A stretch of DNA of 64,000 nucleotides. Source: an uncultured Gammaproteobacteria bacterium. Lineage in GTDB: Bacteria; Pseudomonadota; Gammaproteobacteria; Arenicellales; Poriferihabitantaceae. The translations under genes were made by a program, and so were the position numbers. Where the stretch lies: contig CAMYNW010000022.1 in the NCBI GenBank assembly GCA_947259885.1, positions 1,871-65,870 on the forward strand. Reading direction: 5' to 3'. The notes under the pieces were generated by a model that was not told where the DNA came from, made no database searches, and saw only the letters and a list, made by a program, of their open reading frames with translations. This document shows, in pieces, positions 1 through 7,903 of this stretch (its first letter is position 1; each line of letters begins with the position of its first letter).

Positions 1-3000
1 GTCATCACTTTTTCAGGCGGAACGATCAGCGCGGGCGAACTCGTAACACTTAGTTTTAATATCACGCTGGCAGACCCTATCGCTCTGGACCCGAATGAAG
101 TCATCAGCAATACCTCTGATGTGACCGGCAATTCACTGCCACCGAGCGATCCGAATGCAGACGAACAGCGGACAACCACTGATGAGGATGAAGACGAGTT
201 GTACGGACTGCCGGCAATCATCAAGGAGGTCGCAGACAACTATGATGACGTGCCGCCTGGAGATGCGGATTTTGAAGCGACCAGTCACGCAGGTACAGAT
301 GACAGCCAATTCGATACCACGCTGCCGGATCTTACAATAGGAGAGGTGGTCACCTATGAAGTGACGGTCGTTATACCCAACACCTTTGACGATCCGAATC
401 TCACAACCATCGCAACTTCGATTACGGATACCTTGCCGGTCGGGTTGGGCTTGATTGACGCAAGAGTAGTGGCTATCGGCGGTAACCGCAGTGCTGGTGC
501 CACCGAGGGCGGTGAGTTGGTCAACGATACCAATGCAGCGGTTACCGTTGGACCGGCCAGCAGCGGTCTGGCAGTGGGAAATTCCCTGGCCGCTGGCAGC
601 GCTAACATAAGTGGAACAGTAGGCGGCTCTTCAGTGACTTTCGATTTTGGAGGCCTTGCGGTTAATGATCTCGATGGGGCGGTTGGCGACGAGCAGACCA
701 TTGTGGTGCAGATTGATGCTGTAGTTCTCGATGATGCCAGTAATGCGGCAGGTGACGTGAAAGTCAACTCAGCGCAACTCATCTGGGAGGAGACTGCCGG
801 GGACCCGATTGTTATCGAAGATGATGCGGAAATTGAGATCGTAGAGCCGGAACTGGAAATAACCAAATCTTTTATCGATCCCGCTACCGGAGTGGATGTT
901 TACACCGTAGGCGAAGGAGACCAGGTCGTTGCGGTTTTGAATGTCACCAATAACGGTAGTGCAAATGTCTATGACGTTCTGGTTACTGATGAAATCGATC
1001 TGGTGAACTGGATCATTATCAGCGAACAGGTGACGCCACCCGGTTTTATCTATTCGGTTGAAGATGGCGTCAATGCCGTACCTGCTGATACGGTCACTTA
1101 CACCATGAATTCTTCTCTCGACGCCGCTAATCCGGACAATTTTGTTGCGCCTGGCGAGACGGTGACTATCGAGTTCATTCTTCAATACACGGGTGCCGAT
1201 GATGGCGGAGCGCAGATCGACAACACTGCTGAGGCCACTGGAAATTCTCTTCCAGCAAACGAAGTCCTGGTTGTTCCGGGCCTGGATACTGTTCGTGATA
1301 CCGAAGACGAAGGCTCTGATTTCGTTTATGAGGATCCTGGCCTCGAGAAGGTGGTGATCGAGGGACTTAATCCCGATACCGGCTCCGAACAGCACGATCC
1401 TGCTCTGGTCGATCTGAATATAGGCGAACAGGTAACCTATGAGCTCACCATCACATTACCGGAATCCTTGCTCGATGCGAGTGGCGCAATGATCCCGGTC
1501 ACCGTGAACCTGATTGATGATCTACCGGGTGGTTTTACCGTGGTTGGGGCAGAAATTACCGGTATAGGCAGTGCCGTGACCGCCGCTGACCTAGCGCTAG
1601 GGAATACCCTGACCGTGCTGGATCCGGTAACGCTTGGGCTTGGTGTACCTGCGGCAACTGACGATCCTGATATCTCCTCGGCAGATGTCAATTTCCCCGC
1701 GCCAGCAGTTGGCGACGGTTTTGATGATCAGGTGTTATTCAGTTTTGGCGGGGTCACGGTTGATGACGTTGATAATCTCGCGCTGCAAACCATCACAGTG
1801 CGTGTGACTGCTGTAGTGATGGATGTTGAACCCGAAAACATCGACGGCGAAGTTAGAACTAACGATGCGACGCTCGAGTTTTTTGGTACCCCGACCGGTG
1901 ATCCGGCTAATCCTTTCGACGAGATCGTTCCGATTGAGATCACCGATTCTGCAGATGTGGAAATCGTCGAGCCCGAGCTGGAGATTGAGAAGACTTTCTT
2001 GAATGCCGCGGGCACTGCTGAAGTTGAAAGCGTGACCTCTGGAGATACGATTACAGTTCAATTGACAGTGACTAACACGGGTACCGGCCCGGCTTATGAT
2101 CTGGTGATTGAGGATCCTTTGGATCCAACCAAATTCAATATTTCTACAATATCGCCGGTCTCCACTCCAGCAGCGTTTATGTTCAGTCTGTCGGGGAATA
2201 GCGTGATCTACACGCTTGATTCCGGTGCGGGCACCCCAGGGAGCCCAGCGCATGTGGTGACACCAGGAGAGAGCGTTGTTCTGACTTTTACCGTACAGGT
2301 ACTTGAGGGCATTGGACCTGATACTGCCCTCAACACTGCCACTGTCGATGGAGACTCTGCACCTGGCGACAACCCTTTTGAGCGCGACGAGCCCACTAAG
2401 GAAGGTACCGATGAACTCGCTATCCTGGCGGTGCCGTTACCTCCATCAATCTCCCCCCCTTCTCAAGGTCTTACCGGTTTAGAAGATACCGGAGATTCAG
2501 AAACTCTCGCCGATCAGGTACTGAGGACATATCGATACGACATCTTCGATCGGCTCAGGGATGAGTATGATGAACTGTTTGAACAGATCCGGCGTGATCT
2601 CCAAACCGAACTACCTAAGCTCTCAGCGAACTATATGGCCACCGGGATCACCGAGCACGGATCAAACGTTACGCTGATCGTTTACGATGAAACCGGAGCT
2701 ATTGTTGGCTACTCTTCTACCCTTGCCGATACCGCGGGCAACTGGGCAGTGAGCTTTCCTCAGACCGTTCTGGATAAATCACCTCACCATGTCGAAGTGC
2801 AGGTATCAGCGGCCAGCTATAATGAAAGCACCGCCGGTGAATTTAATACCCGTATATATTTCACTCCCGCCACTGATGCCAGAGTGGCGCATTATAAGGG
2901 CCTCCAGGTCGGCGACGTGATTGCAGAGCGCGCGGATTCGTTGCTCGAGAGCATGCATCAGGGTAACCAGACGCCGTTCGGTTCTCCGGGCGCAAACTGG

Positions 3001-3048
3001 AATCATCCCTATGAGTTCCTTGGTACCGCAAGTATTGAAAACCTCTAA
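1..3048 (+). CDS. C-terminal part of a very large repeat-containing surface/secreted protein (DUF11 / 'conserved repeat domain' type); 5' end lies outside the window
   Basis: Frame 1 is open from base 1 (VITFSGGTISAGELVTLSFNITLADP...) into the listed ORF at 121, so the gene is truncated by the window edge. The signature 'E(I/V)VEPELEI(T/E)K(S/T)F ... VTN(N/T)G(S/T)..(V/A)YD(V/L)V(V/I)(T/E)D' occurs at nt ~835-1000 and ~1960-2110. The protein is acidic, rich in Thr/Val/Asp and has no Cys. The last ~190 aa are non-repeat and include an Ig-like 'GSNVTLIVYDETGAIVGYSSTLADTAGNWAVSFP' segment. Stop TAA is at 3046-3048. Confidence 0.85.
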   Translation, partial: VITFSGGTISAGELVTLSFNITLADPIALDPNEVISNTSDVTGNSLPPSDPNADEQRTTTDEDEDELYGLPAIIKEVADNYDDVPPGDADFEATSHAGTDDSQFDTTLPDLTIGEVVTYEVTVVIPNTFDDPNLTTIATSITDTLPVGLGLIDARVVAIGGNRSAGATEGGELVNDTNAAVTVGPASSGLAVGNSLAAGSANISGTVGGSSVTFDFGGLAVNDLDGAVGDEQTIVVQIDAVVLDDASNAAGDVKVNSAQLIWEETAGDPIVIEDDAEIEIVEPELEITKSFIDPATGVDVYTVGEGDQVVAVLNVTNNGSANVYDVLVTDEIDLVNWIIISEQVTPPGFIYSVEDGVNAVPADTVTYTMNSSLDAANPDNFVAPGETVTIEFILQYTGADDGGAQIDNTAEATGNSLPANEVLVVPGLDTVRDTEDEGSDFVYEDPGLEKVVIEGLNPDTGSEQHDPALVDLNIGEQVTYELTITLPESLLDASGAMIPVTVNLIDDLPGGFTVVGAEITGIGSAVTAADLALGNTLTVLDPVTLGLGVPAATDDPDISSADVNFPAPAVGDGFDDQVLFSFGGVTVDDVDNLALQTITVRVTAVVMDVEPENIDGEVRTNDATLEFFGTPTGDPANPFDEIVPIEITDSADVEIVEPELEIEKTFLNAAGTAEVESVTSGDTITVQLTVTNTGTGPAYDLVIEDPLDPTKFNISTISPVSTPAAFMFSLSGNSVIYTLDSGAGTPGSPAHVVTPGESVVLTFTVQVLEGIGPDTALNTATVDGDSAPGDNPFERDEPTKEGTDELAILAVPLPPSISPPSQGLTGLEDTGDSETLADQVLRTYRYDIFDRLRDEYDELFEQIRRDLQTELPKLSANYMATGITEHGSNVTLIVYDETGAIVGYSSTLADTAGNWAVSFPQTVLDKSPHHVEVQVSAASYNESTAGEFNTRIYFTPATDARVAHYKGLQVGDVIAERADSLLESMHQGNQTPFGSPGANWNHPYEFLGTASIENL
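124..2400 (+). repeat. Intragenic super-repeat of ~1.11 kb (~370 aa) within the adhesin-like gene, about two full copies plus a partial third
   Basis: Unit boundaries recur as 'TGNSLPPSDPNADEQRTTTDEDEDELYGLP' (nt ~124), 'TGNSLPANEVLVVPGLDTVRDTEDEGSDFVYEDPGLE' (nt ~1237) and 'DGDSAPGDNPFERDEPTKEGTDELAILAVP' (nt ~2347). 'VEPELEI.K.F' recurs ~1125 nt apart. The copies are diverged at the DNA level, so the repeat is visible in protein rather than nucleotide sequence. Confidence 0.6.
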
Positions 3049-3067
3049 AATACAAATAGCCTATCTC

Positions 3068-5029
3068 ATGCCCATAAACACCACAGCAAACCAAATCAAA
3101 GCCCTGACGCTCTTTCTCTGGGTGGCATTTTGTCTGGCTACTCCCGTTAATTCGAGTGCAGAGGACTGGAAATTTTCTGAGAGTTCCGCTGAGGAATCAG
3201 CAGTTCTCAAACAAAATTTGAAGCGTCAGTTTGCCGATGATGAGGTGACAGATAATATTGAAGAGAGATATCAGTCGGACGACGAACCGGTGAATTGGCG
3301 AAACAAAGACAAGGAGTTTGATCCTGCGATTATTGATTGGGAGCGAGACGAAGATTTACAGCGCCTGTCACCGATTGTTGAGGATGCAGAGAAGAATGTC
3401 GAACTCATCGGTACTGGCGGCAACCCTTACGCGAGTGACATCAGCGATGGGAAAATGCCTGATAAATTAAACATCTGGTGGGATCGTGAAGTACTCTCAC
3501 AGATGGGCAGGAACACCGTGCCGAATCGCGAAACACCGGAGAGCTTGATCCTCAGAGCGATGGAGCATTCGAGTCAGATCAAGGTCTTTTCTGATGTGCC
3601 CATCATACGAGAAACCGCAGAACTTGAGGCGGTTGGAGAATTTGATCCGATAGCCTATTCCGAGTATCGAATGACCGATCTCGATGAGCCGGTGGGGAGT
3701 ACACTCAAGACCGGTGGTCCAGAGCGTTTTTTCGAGGACGAATGGTTATTCAGGGCAGGTATCAGAAAAAAGTTCGTAACCGGAACCGAGATCGACCTAT
3801 CACAAAGATGGGGAGTTTTAGATAACAATTCAGAATTTCTTGTGCCAAAGGATCAGGGCAATGCAAAAATCGCAATCACCCTCACCCAGCCACTGATCAA
3901 TGGTGCGGGAATCCGCTATAACCGGAGTTTGATCGATGTTGCCCAACTTGATGGCAGCATCGCCCGTGATGAATTCAAGCGCCAAGTTGAATCTCATCTG
4001 CTTGAACTCGTGCGATCCTACTGGGGACTCTACCTGGAGCGCGCTACACTTACACAGCGCAGGGCATTGGTAAGGCGCACTCAGAAGATTGCAGACACCC
4101 TCGAGGCCCGATCAGGTTATGACGTGTCAGAAGTCCAGGCTCAGAGAGTCCGGTCTGAGGTGCTGGTGCGAAAGTCCGATGTAGTGCGAGCTGAATCTGC
4201 GGTTCGAAATGCGGAAGCCCGAATTGTGTCCCTGATCAATGATCCCGAATTCAGTATGCGAGACACGTTTGAGTTGTTACCAGAGACCACACCCATCACA
4301 GCAGCGAGCACGGTAACACATGACATGGCGCTCGCACTTGCGCTCGCAAACCGACCAGAGATCGATCAGGCATTCAAGCAGGCACGTGCCAGTGCGATTC
4401 GAGTTAAGATGACCAGAAACGAACTGCGCCCGGTTCTTAATTTCGTGCTCGGGTATGCCCGTGATGGATTGGCGGGTGAAGGTGATTATAACCAGGCCTT
4501 TGAGAATGAGTTTGACCTTGGTGATGGAAGCTGGATCGCAGGTTTGGTATTTGAAATGCCGCTCGGGAACCGTGTGGCCAAGTCCCGACTCGAAAGACGT
4601 CAAGCAGAAGCTAGACAGTTGGCCTATCAGCTCAAGACAACCGTGGATACTGTGCTGCTGGAGGTTCAGGTTTCGGTTCGAGAAATCCATACGTCATACC
4701 GTGAAATGCATGCTAAGTACACCGCAATGCAGGCGCTGGTAGCTGAAGTCGATAGTCTGGAACAACGTCAGGGAGTTGAACTTGTGGACGGCAACAGCGG
4801 CGGTAGATATCTTGAGAGACTACTGGACGCACAGGATCGGCTGACAGAATCTGAACACGAGTTCCTGAAGAGCATGACGACTTATAATGTAGCGTTAGTA
4901 AATCTGGATCGTGCTACCGGCATGTTTATGCAGACAAATGACATTCAGCCCCGATATTTTGATGATATAGATCCTTATATTGATGGACTTCCCACATACG
5001 AACTGGAAAAAGTCAGTAGTTCACAATAA
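3068..5029 (+). CDS. TolC-family outer-membrane efflux/secretion protein
   Basis: The listed ORF starts at 2921 inside the upstream gene. The in-frame ATG at 3068 gives a signal peptide, 'MPINTTANQIKALTLFLWVAFCLATPVNSSAED'. The body shows the two-fold OEP repeat pattern: 'LLELVRSYWGLYLERATL', 'ALALALANRPEIDQAFKQARAS' and 'LLEVQVSVREIHTSYREM'. Confidence 0.85.
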   Translation: MPINTTANQIKALTLFLWVAFCLATPVNSSAEDWKFSESSAEESAVLKQNLKRQFADDEVTDNIEERYQSDDEPVNWRNKDKEFDPAIIDWERDEDLQRLSPIVEDAEKNVELIGTGGNPYASDISDGKMPDKLNIWWDREVLSQMGRNTVPNRETPESLILRAMEHSSQIKVFSDVPIIRETAELEAVGEFDPIAYSEYRMTDLDEPVGSTLKTGGPERFFEDEWLFRAGIRKKFVTGTEIDLSQRWGVLDNNSEFLVPKDQGNAKIAITLTQPLINGAGIRYNRSLIDVAQLDGSIARDEFKRQVESHLLELVRSYWGLYLERATLTQRRALVRRTQKIADTLEARSGYDVSEVQAQRVRSEVLVRKSDVVRAESAVRNAEARIVSLINDPEFSMRDTFELLPETTPITAASTVTHDMALALALANRPEIDQAFKQARASAIRVKMTRNELRPVLNFVLGYARDGLAGEGDYNQAFENEFDLGDGSWIAGLVFEMPLGNRVAKSRLERRQAEARQLAYQLKTTVDTVLLEVQVSVREIHTSYREMHAKYTAMQALVAEVDSLEQRQGVELVDGNSGGRYLERLLDAQDRLTESEHEFLKSMTTYNVALVNLDRATGMFMQTNDIQPRYFDDIDPYIDGLPTYELEKVSSSQ

Positions 5030-5062
5030 CGACTTCCACAGCGGAGTCTGGCACTTTGTACG

Positions 5063-5857
5063 ATGACATTTCGGGCAAGTATATACTCCCTGATCGCTGT
5101 TTTGAGTCTGGCCTCTCAGCCAGTCTTGTCGTTCGAAGGTTTTCTCGAGCCGTTGCAGACCGTCGATATAACTGCTGCTGAAACAGGTGTTTTGAGCACA
5201 CTCAGTGTTTCAGAAGGTGCTGAAGTAAAAGCTGGCGATGTCCTCGCAGTTCTTGACTCGCGTCTGATTGAAGCTTCTCTGAAAGTAGCCAAGGCCAAGA
5301 AAAACTCAACTGCAACGATCCTGGGAGCCAGTGCGGAGTGGGAGGTTTCAAAAAACAAACTGGCCCAGTTTGAAAAACTGTATGCGGCAGGTAATGCGAG
5401 GAAAGATGAACTGGTGCGGGCAGATCTGGATGAAAAGATCGTGGCGGCGAAACTGGCGCGTGCCAGGGAACAGAAAGAAATCCTGGAGTTGGAGTACCAA
5501 CGAATTCAAATGCAGATCGAGCAACGAATTATCCGCAGCCCGATTAACGGTGTCGCGGTAACCGTGAATAGGGAAGCTGGAGAACTGGTGAGTGCTTCGC
5601 ATGGACCTTTCATCCGTATTGTCGATATATCTCAGCTGAAGTTCATCACTAATATACCCCAGCAGGACGCACGGAAAATTAACCGGGGCGATGAAGTCAG
5701 TATAGGGCTTGATGCGGAAGGGGAAAAGCTGACAGGTAAAGTTGAATATGTCTCTCAGATCATCGATCCAACCAGTAATACCGTTAAAGTCTCGGTGAAT
5801 CTTGAGAATCCTGGCGGCGTCAGAAGTGGAAACGCAGGGCGTCTTTTGCTGCAGTAA
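5063..5857 (+). CDS. HlyD-family periplasmic adaptor (membrane-fusion protein), short form with signal peptide
   Basis: N-terminal signal 'MTFRASIYSLIAVLSLASQPVLS'. Lipoyl-like hairpin 'GVLSTLSVSEGAEVKAGDVLAVLD', a coiled-coil stretch, then 'IRSPINGVAVTVNREAGELV' and a beta-barrel tail 'GKVEYVSQIIDPTSNTVKVSVNLEN'. Confidence 0.85.
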   Translation: MTFRASIYSLIAVLSLASQPVLSFEGFLEPLQTVDITAAETGVLSTLSVSEGAEVKAGDVLAVLDSRLIEASLKVAKAKKNSTATILGASAEWEVSKNKLAQFEKLYAAGNARKDELVRADLDEKIVAAKLARAREQKEILELEYQRIQMQIEQRIIRSPINGVAVTVNREAGELVSASHGPFIRIVDISQLKFITNIPQQDARKINRGDEVSIGLDAEGEKLTGKVEYVSQIIDPTSNTVKVSVNLENPGGVRSGNAGRLLLQ

Positions 5858-5935
5858 ACTATCTGTGAACTTGCAGGCGGCCGTAATGAAAATTTATTGT
5901 TTGATTTTCAGAATCTGTTGTAAAAATGCTTACCG

Positions 5936-7903
5936 ATGCAGGGAGTTTCCCGATCTCGCAAAGCCCATACCGCGTGTTATCGCATGCGAAAAATGAATAC
6001 ATCTTTAAAACCTTCCATTAAATCTCAGAAGGCCGATGCGGAGTCATCGGTTGCGGAGCAATTGGCGCGAACTGATGTACCAAAATTTGACAGTCAAACT
6101 ACCTATGCCCAGCTGTTAAGGTTGACCGAGACGCTGAGCACGCGCCAGGAATTTCTCCTTTCTTTACTACAGTATGCAGTCAGCGTGTCCCACGCCCATG
6201 GCGGGGTTTATTACTTGCTTGATGATTCCGGGGTGCTGAAGCTAGGTCCGAGACTTTTATCTCGGGAGCTTATGTATCAGGTTCCTGGGGCGATGGAGAA
6301 TATCAATGCTCTTGCAAAGGACTGTCTCAATAAAGGTTACAGTATCAGTGGCGCAATTGACCCTGCAGAATCGATTCAAGCTGTAATGTCTCCTGTCAGC
6401 TGCGGTGATCAAGGTGCTGAAGTTATTTGTCTAGTGGTCAATGTAGAGGCGTCACAGAAAAGCTACTGGAGTCTTTTTGTTCAGCTGCTTGCAGGTTACG
6501 TTAACTTGTGGGAGCAATCGCTATCGAATCGTCGGCTGCTCGAAGAGACCACATTTACCGCTGGTCTGGTCGAAATTATCAGTGAACTTAACCATACAGA
6601 AGATACGGAGAAGGCACACATTAATTTCACTTCGCAGCTAAAGCATCTCACGCAAGCTGACAGGGTGGCACTTGGCTTATCCCGACGCAGCCGGTCAGGG
6701 TTAAGTTTGGTGCAGCTTTCTGATGGGGATGATGTAAACAAACGTGGCGAATTTACTCGTTTGTTGGAGCTGTGCTTCGAAGAATCCATGGATTTTGGAG
6801 AACCCGTTGTTTGGCCAGAGGATAATGATAGAAACGATCGTGGTTTGTTTGGCGGCCACAAGCGTTTCAGTGAATTTGTCGAAGCCAAAAGCATGTTGTC
6901 GGTACCTCTGGTCGGGACAGACGATGAGCGAACCGGCGTGGTGACGCTTTGGTGGAGCGATAAAGTTCCGAATAATCAGATAAGACATTCTATGGGCGCT
7001 GCAGCAGAGCCGCTGGCAAATGCGATCGAGGCAAGAGAACGCTTCAAAGGATCTGCCTATCACAAGCTTTTGTTCAAGCGACACCGCAATCGGACAAAAG
7101 TTTTGATGTTTCTGCTGATGATTGCAGTAACCGGCACCATGTTTTTTCCGATCACTCACCGGATTACCGGCGATGTTTTGATTCAGCCAGTTGGTCAGCG
7201 AATAGTTTCAACTTCGTTCGATGCGATCCTCGATGAAGTTTTCGTGGATACGGGTGATCTGGTAAAGAAAGGAGATAAGCTCGCTGAATTTGATGGCCGA
7301 GAGTTGAAGTGGCAGCTGAACAGTCTCGAAGCCGAAGCTGCAAGTGCAAAGAAGACCAAAGATCTGAAGCTCGCGGAAAGGGATGCTCAGGGTGCGCAAG
7401 TCGCGCGACTCGACATGGAACGCATTGACCTGCAGGGAGAGTTGCTTCGTCACTACATTGCAAACCTTGAAGTCCGATCCCCGATAAGCGGCATTATTCT
7501 AAGTGGAGACTTAGAGCAGAGACGCGGCAGTCTGATCTCTAAAGGACAATCAATATTCGAGATCGCCCCGCTCGACAATGTCGAAGCAGAAATAAGACTA
7601 TCAGCGCTCGATTTCAAACATATTGGACCCGATATGCCCGCTGAAATTTCTCTTGAAGCTCTTCCAGGTGAAAACTGGCCGGTGACCCTGGAGCGGGTCC
7701 AGCCACGGGCCATGGTGCTCGATTCAAAATCGGTGTTTATTGGCCGTGAGAGTATTAACAACGCTGATAAAAGAATACGACCGGGGATGCGTGGTGCGGT
7801 CTCGATCGCAGGAGAGAAAAGGCGCATTGGTTGGGTTTTGTTTCATCGCGCGTATGACAAGGTTGCGTTATGGTTGCGCGCTAAGTTTGGCTTGAAGGCG
7901 TGA
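5936..7903 (+). CDS. HlyD-family adaptor with a long cytoplasmic N-terminal region (two GAF-like segments) and one TM helix
   Basis: The C-terminal half is HlyD-like: 'GDVLIQPVGQRIVSTSFDAILDEVFVDTGDLVKKGDKLAEFD', a coiled coil, 'VRSPISGIILSGDLEQRRGSLISKGQSIFEIAP' and 'RPGMRGAVSI'. A TM helix 'VLMFLLMIAVTGTMFFPI' precedes it. The N-terminal ~380 aa contains two alpha/beta segments ending in 'EVICLVVNVE' and 'TGVVTLWW', which resemble GAF folds; this is inference. The start is uncertain, with in-frame ATGs at 5936, 5984 and 5993 and no good SD for any of them. Confidence 0.8.
   Translation: MQGVSRSRKAHTACYRMRKMNTSLKPSIKSQKADAESSVAEQLARTDVPKFDSQTTYAQLLRLTETLSTRQEFLLSLLQYAVSVSHAHGGVYYLLDDSGVLKLGPRLLSRELMYQVPGAMENINALAKDCLNKGYSISGAIDPAESIQAVMSPVSCGDQGAEVICLVVNVEASQKSYWSLFVQLLAGYVNLWEQSLSNRRLLEETTFTAGLVEIISELNHTEDTEKAHINFTSQLKHLTQADRVALGLSRRSRSGLSLVQLSDGDDVNKRGEFTRLLELCFEESMDFGEPVVWPEDNDRNDRGLFGGHKRFSEFVEAKSMLSVPLVGTDDERTGVVTLWWSDKVPNNQIRHSMGAAAEPLANAIEARERFKGSAYHKLLFKRHRNRTKVLMFLLMIAVTGTMFFPITHRITGDVLIQPVGQRIVSTSFDAILDEVFVDTGDLVKKGDKLAEFDGRELKWQLNSLEAEAASAKKTKDLKLAERDAQGAQVARLDMERIDLQGELLRHYIANLEVRSPISGIILSGDLEQRRGSLISKGQSIFEIAPLDNVEAEIRLSALDFKHIGPDMPAEISLEALPGENWPVTLERVQPRAMVLDSKSVFIGRESINNADKRIRPGMRGAVSIAGEKRRIGWVLFHRAYDKVALWLRAKFGLKA

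Noticed and set aside
354-2396. Several long antisense or alternate-frame ORFs inside the repeat-protein gene (for example 354-866, 769-1395, 1735-2253).
   Set aside because: They lie wholly inside a gene with strong repeat and domain signatures. Their translations are low-complexity (Ser/Thr/Ala/Arg-rich) shadows with no motifs. The same applies to the many 60-200-aa overlapping ORFs listed inside other well-supported genes across the window.
2921-3067. A 5' extension of the TolC-like ORF that overlaps the end of the adhesin gene.
   Set aside because: The extension encodes an Arg/Cys-rich peptide with no signal sequence. The in-frame ATG at 3068 gives a textbook signal peptide and removes the overlap.
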